Assembly: GCF_009914755.1 (NCBI RefSeq)
Contig: NC_060946.1
Strand: one strand, 5' to 3'
Length of the DNA stretch: 64,000 nucleotides
Source: the human T2T-CHM13v2.0 reference genome, Homo sapiens
A model generated the notes under the pieces. That model was not told the origin of the DNA. It did no database searches and saw only the letters and a list, made by a program, of their open reading frames with translations. The position numbers and the translations under genes are program-made. Shown one piece after another: positions 52,607 through 64,000 of the stretch. Numbering within the stretch: the stretch's first letter is position 1; every line of letters begins with the position of its first letter.

Positions 52607-52648
52607 GGCCTGGAAGTGAAAAATACAGTGATGACACCAAATACACCG
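52607..52648 (+). CDS. IL17RA: IL17RA exon 12 (42 nt, GPGSEKYSDDTKYT)
   Basis: cttttcctttccag| acceptor; CCG|gtcagt donor. Confidence 0.95.
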
Positions 52649-53186
52649 GTCAGTATTTCCTGGTTTGCATGTTTGCTTATTTTTAAAGCAGTGGAGGGTT
52701 CTCCTGGGATAAGTGCGTGGGTCGCCTCCTGTGCTCTAACTCCCAAGTCCCTTCAGGAGACCCCACCTTAGAAACCCCCTTCCAGTACCCCACTCAGAAG
52801 GGCCCCCAATAACAAGGCCTGGGTGCCATTTTTTGAATCACTCAGACAAGGAAAGAAAGGTAAGTATTTTGTGAACAGAGGTCCTCCCTGGAGCAGACCA
52901 ACAGAGCTTGGTGCCTCTTTTTCTTTTCTTAATTAAAGTATAGGCTAAAGACCAGCTAGGAACGTTGAGAGATTCTTTTTCCCACAAGGCAGCAGACTGA
53001 TTTTTTTCAGGCAGCCAAAGGTGGAATAGTAACATCTGGGTTTTTCCAACAGGCCTCAGTTGGGTTTCTCAGCTTAGGGAGGGAGCCAAGCTCTGTGTCC
53101 TGGTCCAGGCCCCTCCTGGGCTGGCAGGCACAGAGCTGCCCTGGGCCCTGGGGTGAGGGTCAGCATGTGTGGTCTTGTTTCCTTAG

Positions 53187-54700
53187 ATGGCCTGCCTGCG
53201 GCTGACCTGATCCCCCCACCGCTGAAGCCCAGGAAGGTCTGGATCATCTACTCAGCCGACCACCCCCTCTACGTGGACGTGGTCCTGAAATTCGCCCAGT
53301 TCCTGCTCACCGCCTGCGGCACGGAAGTGGCCCTGGACCTGCTGGAAGAGCAGGCCATCTCGGAGGCAGGAGTCATGACCTGGGTGGGCCGTCAGAAGCA
53401 GGAGATGGTGGAGAGCAACTCTAAGATCATCGTCCTGTGCTCCCGCGGCACGCGCGCCAAGTGGCAGGCGCTCCTGGGCCGGGGGGCGCCTGTGCGGCTG
53501 CGCTGCGACCACGGAAAGCCCGTGGGGGACCTGTTCACTGCAGCCATGAACATGATCCTCCCGGACTTCAAGAGGCCAGCCTGCTTCGGCACCTACGTAG
53601 TCTGCTACTTCAGCGAGGTCAGCTGTGACGGCGACGTCCCCGACCTGTTCGGCGCGGCGCCGCGGTACCCGCTCATGGACAGGTTCGAGGAGGTGTACTT
53701 CCGCATCCAGGACCTGGAGATGTTCCAGCCGGGCCGCATGCACCGCGTAGGGGAGCTGTCGGGGGACAACTACCTGCGGAGCCCGGGCGGCAGGCAGCTC
53801 CGCGCCGCCCTGGACAGGTTCCGGGACTGGCAGGTCCGCTGTCCCGACTGGTTCGAATGTGAGAACCTCTACTCAGCAGATGACCAGGATGCCCCGTCCC
53901 TGGACGAAGAGGTGTTTGAGGAGCCACTGCTGCCTCCGGGAACCGGCATCGTGAAGCGGGCGCCCCTGGTGCGCGAGCCTGGCTCCCAGGCCTGCCTGGC
54001 CATAGACCCGCTGGTCGGGGAGGAAGGAGGAGCAGCAGTGGCAAAGCTGGAACCTCACCTGCAGCCCCGGGGTCAGCCAGCGCCGCAGCCCCTCCACACC
54101 CTGGTGCTCGCCGCAGAGGAGGGGGCCCTGGTGGCCGCGGTGGAGCCTGGGCCCCTGGCTGACGGTGCCGCAGTCCGGCTGGCACTGGCGGGGGAGGGCG
54201 AGGCCTGCCCGCTGCTGGGCAGCCCGGGCGCTGGGCGAAATAGCGTCCTCTTCCTCCCCGTGGACCCCGAGGACTCGCCCCTTGGCAGCAGCACCCCCAT
54301 GGCGTCTCCTGACCTCCTTCCAGAGGACGTGAGGGAGCACCTCGAAGGCTTGATGCTCTCGCTCTTCGAGCAGAGTCTGAGCTGCCAGGCCCAGGGGGGC
54401 TGCAGTAGACCCGCCATGGTCCTCACAGACCCACACACGCCCTACGAGGAGGAGCAGCGGCAGTCAGTGCAGTCTGACCAGGGCTACATCTCCAGGAGCT
54501 CCCCGCAGCCCCCCGAGGGACTCACGGAAATGGAGGAAGAGGAGGAAGAGGAGCAGGACCCAGGGAAGCCGGCCCTGCCACTCTCTCCCGAGGACCTGGA
54601 GAGCCTGAGGAGCCTCCAGCGGCAGCTGCTTTTCCGCCAGCTGCAGAAGAACTCGGGCTGGGACACGATGGGGTCAGAGTCAGAGGGGCCCAGTGCATGA
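53187..54700 (+). CDS. IL17RA: IL17RA exon 13 coding part: cytoplasmic SEFIR/TILL region and acidic distal tail
   Basis: ttccttag| acceptor; [17 protein letters not shown] start; [12 protein letters not shown]; TGA ends at 54700. Confidence 0.98.
53250..54350. other. Exonic CpG-rich segment within exon 13
   Basis: Dense CpG (e.g. cggcgcggcgccgcgg) in coding sequence. Confidence 0.7.
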
Positions 54701-55095
54701 GGGCGGCTCCCCAGGGACCGCCCAGATCCCAGCTTTGAGAGAGGAGTGTGTGTGCACGTATTCATCTGTGTGTACATGTCTGCATGTGTATATGTTCGTG
54801 TGTGAAATGTAGGCTTTAAAATGTAAATGTCTGGATTTTAATCCCAGGCATCCCTCCTAACTTTTCTTTGTGCAGCGGTCTGGTTATCGTCTATCCCCAG
54901 GGGAATCCACACAGCCCGCTCCCAGGAGCTAATGGTAGAGCGTCCTTGAGGCTCCATTATTCGTTCATTCAGCATTTATTGTGCACCTACTATGTGGCGG
55001 GCATTTGGGATACCAAGATAAATTGCATGCGGCATGGCCCCAGCCATGAAGGAACTTAACCGCTAGTGCCGAGGACACATTAAACGAACAGGATG

Positions 55096-55897
<802 letters not shown>

Positions 55898-58069
55898 TCA
55901 GGGAGCTGCTGGTGGAGCCTGGAGGGGAAGGAGGGAGGCAGTGAGAGAGATCGGGGTGGGGGTTGGGGGGATGTCGCCAGAGCTCAGGGGTGGGGACAGC
56001 CTTGTGCGCATCAGTCCTGAGGCCTGGGGCACCTTTCGTCTGATGAGCCTCTGCATGGAGAGAGGCTGAGGGCTAAACACAGCTGGATGTCACCTGAGTT
56101 CATTTATAGGAAGAGAGAAATGTCGAGGTGAAACGTAAAAGCATCTGGCAGGAAGGTGAGTCTGAAGCCCTGCACCCGCGTTCCGACTATCAGTGGGGAG
56201 CTGTTAGCACGTAGGATTCTTCAGAGCAGCTGGGCTGGAGCTCCCCTGAGCTCAGGAAGCCCCAGGGTGCAAGGGCAAGGAAATGAGGGGTGGTGGGTCA
56301 GTGAAGATCTGGGCAGACCTTGTGTGGGGAAGGGGTGCTGCTGTGACTTCAGGGTCTGAGGTCCAAAGACAGCATTTGAAAAGAGGCTCTGAAGCCAGTG
56401 TTTGAAGAATTTGTTCCTGAAGTACCTCCTGGGGGTAGGCTAGAGGCTTCTGGCTTCAGGGTCCTGAAGAACACATTGAGGTGCCGTCTGACACTGGAAT
56501 AGGGTGCCCTTCATTCCTATGCCTGAGTCCTTAACTATATTTCCAACCTCCAGTGAGGAGGAGAAGATTCGGAAATGTGACAGGAGAGCAAACAGGACAG
56601 TTTGCATGTGTGTGTGCGCACACATACATGTGCGTGAAAGATTATCAATAAAAGTGCATAAATTTGTTGATCTGGTAAGAGTTTCTAGCAGGAAGGTCGA
56701 GCCACTTACTGTAGGTCAAGAAGTTGCTAGTTGCGGAGTTTTTTCTTGCAGTTAGACTTTACCTAGTGGTAGCAGGGCCACCAAAGCTCTGTGTCCCAGA
56801 TGGTGTATGGCCCATAATCCACCCAACAGCAGCAAAGGACCAGGCAAAGGAGAACAGGAGCAGAAGCCTCCCAGCCACTAGCCTTTTGGGCTCAGTCTCT
56901 CCAATAATCCTGGAGAGGGGCTTCGTTGGGTCTGGACACCTACCATGCATTCTGTGACCTTTCCCTAGCTTCCAATAAATAACTGTTTGACGCCCAGAGT
57001 ACAGGATACCACAATGCACTCTTCCTGCGTAGAGCACATGTTCCCATCTGCTCCCATTCCTCAGGAACCTTGAATTCTAGCTCTGCTGGCCTTTGAGCCC
57101 ATGCCAGTAAATGTCCTGATGGGCATTGCCTACTATCTCCAGGGCAGCTGCCTTTGTCCTCCTAACAGCTTTATTGGAGTACAGTTCACTTACCATACAA
57201 TCCACAATTGACCCTGCACAATTTGATGCCGGTTTAGTATAGTCACAGTTCAGCAGCCATCAGCACAGTCAGTCTTAGAGTTTACTACCCCCAAAAGAAA
57301 TCCAGCCCCCCTTAGTCACCACCCCAACCTCCCCATCCCTAGGCACCCCTAGGCTACTTTGATCTCTGTAGACTTGCCTCTTCTGGACATGACATAGAGA
57401 AAGGAGTCATAAATTCTCCAAGGTGTCTGTTTCTTCTTTAATGTCATTCCCTGTTTCTCCTCACATTCCCTCCCCATTTCCTGGGCCCAGTCTCACACTG
57501 GTCCTTGCTTACCCTAAATGCTATTAATTCCATCACTCTGAGTATGGTGTTTGCTGTCCGCTGAATGCCAAGAGCTTCAAGAGTGTGTGTAAATAAAGCC
57601 ACACCTTTATTTTTGTATTATTCTGAACCATGGCTAATAAATTGTTTCACCAAGAAATGTCTCTCTAAGAACAGATGCCCTCCACGCTGTGCCCCTCCCA
57701 CCTCTTCAGCTCGTCTCCTGAGTGTGCAGAGGTGGTTCCGGTTGGGAAAGAAGCAGCGGAGCATCTAACCATGCCTGTGTCCAGGCCGATTATGCACGCA
57801 GCCACCAACAAGCTCCCAACTCCCGCGTAGAGTTTCATGACTTTTTCCTGCCTACTATCTTGATCCTAGTTTTTTTTTGTTTTTTTTTTTTTAAGGAATA
57901 ATTACTTTGATTCAAAACCAGTTTCTCTTTTCTGCATAGGAAGGTCCTTGAAGGTGTTTAGGGTCTAAAAAGGGTGGTGTTCGGTCTCTGAAACATCCAT
58001 TCAGCAGTTTGAGCTGGGATCTCTGAATGCAAGGGTATGATGGATATACTTCTTTCTTGCTTTTGTTGT

Positions 58070-58375
58070 GTTTTGGTTTTTTGTTTGTTTTTAAGTCAGG
58101 GTCTCTCTGTCACCAGGCTGTATTACAGTGGTGCAATCATGGCTCACTGCAGCCTCGACCTCCCAGGCTCAAGCCATCTTTCCACCTCAGCCTGCCAGTG
58201 GCTAGAACTACAGGCGTGCACCACTGTGCCCGGCTAATTTGTGTGTATATATTTTGTAGAAATGGGGTTTCACCATGTTGTCCAGGCTGGTCACGAACTC
58301 CTGGGCTCAAGCCATCTGCCCGCCTCATCCTCCCAAAGTGCTGGGATTATAGGCCTGAGCCCACCGTGCCTGGCC
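58070..58375 (-). mobile_element. Antisense AluJ-like element in the 3'UTR
   Basis: Reverse-complement Alu consensus with T-rich head. Confidence 0.9.
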
Positions 58376-60549
58376 TTTCCTGTTTATCTTTGAAAATTAA
58401 ATAGGGCATAAGAGAGAAGAAGATGTACTTACAATGCAGTGGGTGGTTTTAACTCTATAGCCTTTGGGCTCTGTGGTTGGTGCTCCCCTTCCTAAATAAA
58501 TGAGGTGTATGCAGGGCCCTCTTCTGCCTTAGCGCCCTGCCAGCTGGGACTCCAGCAAGGCCCGGGGCACCTGAGGACAGAGTGAGATGGAGGGCCGCTG
58601 CTCCAGCAGCCGGGCCTGCATCCCACAAGTCAACTGTGTCGGACAGAGGATCCTTACAAAGAAGAGGCAGCAGGGTTGGGGGCTGGCCAGCTGCTCGTCC
58701 GCCCTAGGTAGCTTGCTCATCTGTAAAGTGGGTGGGGCAGGAGTTCCCACCTCATGGGGTCCTGGCAAGCCTGCAGTATCCCCGAGTGGCACCAGCCTGC
58801 TTCTGGGGCAGAGCAGTTTGTGCCCCCTGAGGTACCACTGATCCTCTTTCCCTGCTATTAGGTATTGCTCTCTCCCTCCGGTGTTTGCCTTTTCAGATTA
58901 TAAAAGTAATATGTGTTCCCATATTTGGCGTCTCTCAGGAGCTCAGGAAGTACTTGGCTGAGTGAACATGTCCATTGTGGAAAAATGGCAACAATATGGA
59001 TTCCATGGGTATATTTTATAGAAGAATATGAAGAAAAGCAGCTACCCCTAAACCCATGGCACAAGCTGTTCATGTTAATTCTGTACCCGACGCTTTCCCC
59101 ACGGGGCCTCCCCTCACTCTGAAATGGCATCCAGGTCCATCTTGCCCTCCACCTCTGCATGGCTCTCCATGCCCCATCGCCTCTCCCAGATCCTAGCACT
59201 GGGTCCACACTCTCGCCCTGTCCATTTAGGTTGATGAAAGCAGGCAGTCACCCGGGTGGGCCAGTCTTGCCTGTGGGAGGAACATGCAGTCTCCTGTCTC
59301 ATGGTTTGAAGTGTGCCAGGAAGCCTGGCCCAGCCCACCTCCCCCTGGAGTCCTTCCCAGGAGGAATAACCCCTTAGGTCATTGACTATAAGATGAGTTC
59401 GCTCACTGGATCCTTCCTCTCTGATGAGACAGGAAGAAGGTACACAGTGACCAGGTAGGAGGAGGAGAGGGAGTAGAAAGGAGGGATGCGGGTGGCTGGT
59501 CCCTGCATTTGCCTGCTTCCCTGCACGGGTGTCCCACTGGCCGCCTCTGCTCACCAGTGTCATGGGATTCTCTCAGAAGATGAAAACAGCCCCTGCTTTT
59601 TTGCTAGAATGGCTGAGCTTTCATGGAAAGGAAGCTGGACCCAAGCAACAGCCGACTACCGAAGGTTGCCTGGAGCAGTGCAGATGTGGGAGGAAGAAGG
59701 GCCTTGGTGCACACTGGCTTTTCTTCCTGACTGCAATGTGGCATTGTGCCAGCTACCTCCTCTTTCTCGGCCTCAGGAAAATGGAGAGAAAGCAGCCCTG
59801 AAGGTGGCTGTGACGAGGGAAGGGGCAGAGGGCCTGACAGTCAACCACGCGCTATATTTTCCTGTTCTTCCTTAGGGCAAGAACTGCATGGCCAGACTCA
59901 GGAAAGGCCTAGGTGTCGGCTGGGCATTGCCTACACGTGAAGAGATCACTCCGCGTCCCTACTGCACCTGTCACAAAGTGCCTTCTGATATGCCTGGCAA
60001 ACCAAAATCGGTGAGCGCCAGCTTGCTTCCCTAGAAGACATTTCTAAATATTCATAACATGCTTGCTCAAATCAATCACCTTATTTTACATCCGCTCCAG
60101 GGAGAAATGAAGACATGGTCCTACGTTGTTCTGTAATTATTTTCTATGTAAATTTTGTTCCTTGTCACAATTATATATGTCTTAGGGGAAAGGACCATTT
60201 CACATGTGTCACCTCATGTGATTCTCACCACAGCCCTGTGATTGCTCCTGTTTTATAAATAATGACATAGTTCCAGTTGATGGCCAAAGCCACAGCTAAC
60301 GAGAGGCAGGGAGAGCTCAGGCTCCCAGGAGCTTCCACTCTCAGACCTTGCCTCCCGGGCTGCCCTGAGTGAAACCCCTGCTTAGCATTTGGCACAGCCA
60401 GAAGCAGCAAGCTAGGGTCACAACACAGAGAGGGGCTGTGTAATACTGGCTGCCTCTGTGCTAAGAAAAAAAAAAAATCACTGTGTGTTTGTTTATTTTG
60501 GTGCAGGCCCAGTGTTCTTGCTTAGACTTAATACTACCCTTCATGTTAA

Positions 60550-60555
60550 AATAAA
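60550..60555 (+). terminator. Distal IL17RA polyadenylation signal
   Basis: AATAAA followed ~20-35 nt later by a U/GU-rich tract (ccttgttcttcttatt). Confidence 0.75.
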
Positions 60556-60690
60556 ACCAAACAAAAACCCATGGCCTTGTTCTTCTTATTCATACGTAAG
60601 AATTTGTGCTTCTGGCTGGGGCAAGAGTGATAGAGGAGGGCACAGTATTTAAAAATTAGTTTCTCAAGATGTTCCCCCTTTGGAAAGCTA

Positions 60691-61040
<350 letters not shown>

Positions 61041-61177
61041 CTAGAAGGAAAGGGCCAAGGTGTACCCATAATGTTAACACAAACTTATAAAATAATGGCG
61101 AATGTCACAGTGACATTTAAGAATTTTGTAAGGAAACCAGGACAGAAAAGATCTTAAAACAAACCACACAGGAAGCT

Positions 61178-64000
61178 TGTCACAAGTCTCAAGTTTTTTA
61201 TTTTCAGAACAGAGTCTGGTTTTATTTTTAAAAAGAGAAGGAAAAAAGTGATAAATGCTAGTGAGGTGCCACTTCCCTCCTTCTTCCAGGCTCTAACCGC
61301 CAGCTAGCTCTCTTTCACAAAACCCACGGATGCAGAATCAGGACATGTTAAAATGGAACAGTCTTTAGAGAGGGTCTAGTCTTTTTAAAATAAGTAAGGA
61401 TTTGGGGACTAACAGAGAGGAAGCCCCTGACTTGCTGAATTGTTAGGAGCAGGCGGTTCTCGAGATTCTGAGCCCAGGATCCTTTTCTGTGAACCATGCA
61501 CGTGCTGGCACTGGCCTCAGGAGACAGTGCCCTGCCTTGGCTGTCAGGTCCACGGAGAAATCTCAGGTTTGCCCCTTCACTAGGGATGCCCTAGAAAGCA
61601 AGGGCAAAGGAAGCTTTAGGGGTCATCGTGACTGGGGCAGGGGAAGTGAGTGCAAGGACTCAAGAAAAACACAGCAGAGGAAGGGACTGACCCTCTGAGC
61701 ACACAGTGGTTGACCCACATGTGTAAAAGAGGGTGACTGGGGCTGAACTGGGGGCCTGATATCTGCCAGAATTGGCCAAGTTGCCATCAGCTTCTTGACA
61801 TATCCAGGGAAGTGGCAGCTCATTGGAACTTATCACAGCCTCCCACCAAAAACCTAACAAACAGTACAGAGATTTTACAGTCAGGGAGGCCCAGCAGGAG
61901 ATGGCCATCCAAACAATAGAAGGGGGGCAGATCAGGGGGCCAGCCAGCGGCTGGCCATGGCTCAGACACAATGTCCTTTCACAGTCACTGAGATTAGGTA
62001 GCAGAGAAACACAGCAAAGCTGGAGAGAGGACATGGGAACAGCGAGCAGCTGTTGGTACCCACCCAGGGCCCAGGCCCCAGAACCTTGAGTACAATCAAA
62101 GGGAGAGGAGAGGAGTCAGTGGGGGCAGGGGAAGAAGGCAGAAAAAAATACCAATTAAGTGTGAAATCCAGCCAGCTATTGGGCCACATAGGGTGAGGGA
62201 CTGGAAGCACAGATTGTGCATGGAGTGTAAACATTTTCCCCCGCTGTTCCCTGCTCTGAGAGCATGAGGAGGCTCAAGAGAACTCTGGTCAAGCCTTCTG
62301 CCCCTCTTATGTCTGTCTACAAGGGTGTCTTCTGCTCCAAGCCCCCAAAACAGTTGTAAGAGGGGGCTTCAAGTGGGAGGCGGGGGCTTGGCCTGGGTGC
62401 TGAGTTAACGGCCAGTGACTTGGCACTTCTGACCCTCCCTGTGCACTCTGCAGCTGTGCCAGGCCCTGCCCCACACCCAGCCCAGGCACCCAAGCCCTCC
62501 CTCCGGCCTTCTCTGCTGGGGCTTCACACACCCAGTACAGAGCAGGGAATGTTCTGCAAGTGCAGCCTGGCTGGCTTCTCTCCCAGCCACCTTTACAGGG
62601 AGCATCAGGACCAGGGCTTTCAAGAGCCACAAACTCAAAAGAATGTGAGAGCTGAAATTACCTTCAACCTTAGAGATCACTCATCTAACTTCTACTTTTT
62701 TAATGTGAGAAAACAGGCCCAGGAAATAAAAATATGTCACTCAAAGCCAATGAGTGACAGAATCAGAACTAGAATCCACATCTTCTGGTAACTCGTCTAG
62801 AGTTTGTTACACTACATAAAACTTCCCAAACGTAAGAAGGGAGAAGGGGAAACAAAAATTCTTCAAGTTTCACCCCCACCACATCCTGTTGAGGGTGGAG
62901 GGAAGTGAGTATTTCCTGGCCTTGTTAGCTGCTGTCCTCCTGCACCCTTAAAATATGTAAAAATACTTATCCTGCCTCAAAGACTGCAAGAGTGACATTC
63001 CACACCGACTGTAAGTGCACAGTCCCCAGATGTCTCTTGTCATCACCCTCAATGAGAGGAAGAGGGAAAGTTCTGCAGCCTGCCTTGGCCCTAGTGAGAC
63101 TCTTAACCAGACCAGAGGTGGGAGGTCACCACCTCACTTTCTGATCTACACTTCCTAGAGGAAGGACAGGTGGGGAATGGGGCTTCCTACTCCCTTGGGC
63201 CCATGGGAGGCCCAACTTCACATCCATCCAGGAAACCCACCAAAGCTATTACTCTAAGCCCAGATCCGACCCAGTCGGCACCAAACCACAGGAAGGATAA
63301 GAGTTCTAGGTGCAGAGGGAGGAACAGAGAGAGGCCAAGCCAATGGCTGATACTCCGCAGACCCTGTAATAACACTGGCACCAAACCCCAGCTGGAGCCA
63401 GTGGCCATGGCAAATGCAACTTCTGAGTATTTTGTCTTCATTTTTTGCAAGCAGCATCAGTGCATGATGCAACAAAAGTTGAAAGCACGGAGGTAGAAAT
63501 GCTCACTCACCCAAGAAAGGGTGCAGTTTGGTCCTTAGAGAATGGATCCCCTCCTCTCCCTGAGCTGAGAAGAGAGGAGCAGTATTGAGGAAGATCCTGG
63601 GTGAGATTCTCCCTTCAAGGGGAGTACCTGGGCAGCTCCCAGGGGCCCAGCTCTTCCTGGGAATTCATGGTCACAAATCCAGGCAGAAAAGAGGAGGGTG
63701 GTGATAAGTATGGTGTAGGGGGCAGGGCCTCCCCAGATCTCCTACCCATTGCAAAGGGCCACAGGGTGGACACGAGAAAACAACACTACACACACAGAGA
63801 CATACACTTTGTATCTATCACCTGGAAGAAATCCAAGAGACACATCAGTGGAAAGTGGGTTCTGGGTCAATTTCAAGGCATGGGACAATGGCCACTAACC
63901 ACAGCCTAAAAGAGGCTGGCACTTCTAAGCAAGGGAGAAGGTCCAAGGCCCAGCACCCCTCTCCTCCTAATGGATGGGAATTAGAGTGGAGGTGGGCAAA
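61178..64000 (-). other. TMEM121B: Probable 3'UTR of the convergent neighbour TMEM121B (CECR6); CDS outside the window
   Basis: TTTATT at 61197-61202 and 61221-61226 (AATAAA on the minus strand); repeat-poor unique sequence; identity rests on recalled gene order, not on protein evidence here. Confidence 0.6.

Noticed and set aside
53252-54777. Antisense ORFs over exon 13
   Set aside because: Expected shadow ORFs of a GC3-rich coding exon

Overview
Human-type genomic DNA carrying the complete IL17RA gene (interleukin-17 receptor A; from recall, chr22q11.1, cat-eye-syndrome region) on the + strand. I traced 13 coding exons by GT-AG boundaries: 138+25+147+113+127+48+164+84+85+12+102+42+1514 = 2601 nt, or 866 aa plus stop. 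The ATG at 29876 lies in a CpG island, the TGA ends at 54700, and a ~5.9 kb 3'UTR ends near the AATAAA at 60550. A convergent minus-strand polyA signal at 61197-61202 most likely marks the 3' end of TMEM121B (CECR6), whose CDS lies outside the window. The first ~29 kb is mostly repeats: a solo LTR5A nested in MER2, a truncated LTR14A, MaLR LTRs, L1, L2, DNA transposons and many Alus. Intron 1 holds an Alu-split RPL31 processed pseudogene. Almost all other ORFs in the track are repeat- or GC-derived noise. I found no new protein-coding system. The most notable observations are about splicing: (1) exon 8 is sandwiched between a branch-point-containing 19-bp tandem repeat and a ~20x41-bp VNTR that looks like an amplified copy of its own 5' splice site; (2) a cryptic donor/acceptor pair around intron 6 would restore frame and keep a cysteine; (3) an inverted Alu pair in the 3'UTR is included only when distal polyA sites are used. 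Repeat family names come from recalled consensus sequences, and their boundaries are approximate.
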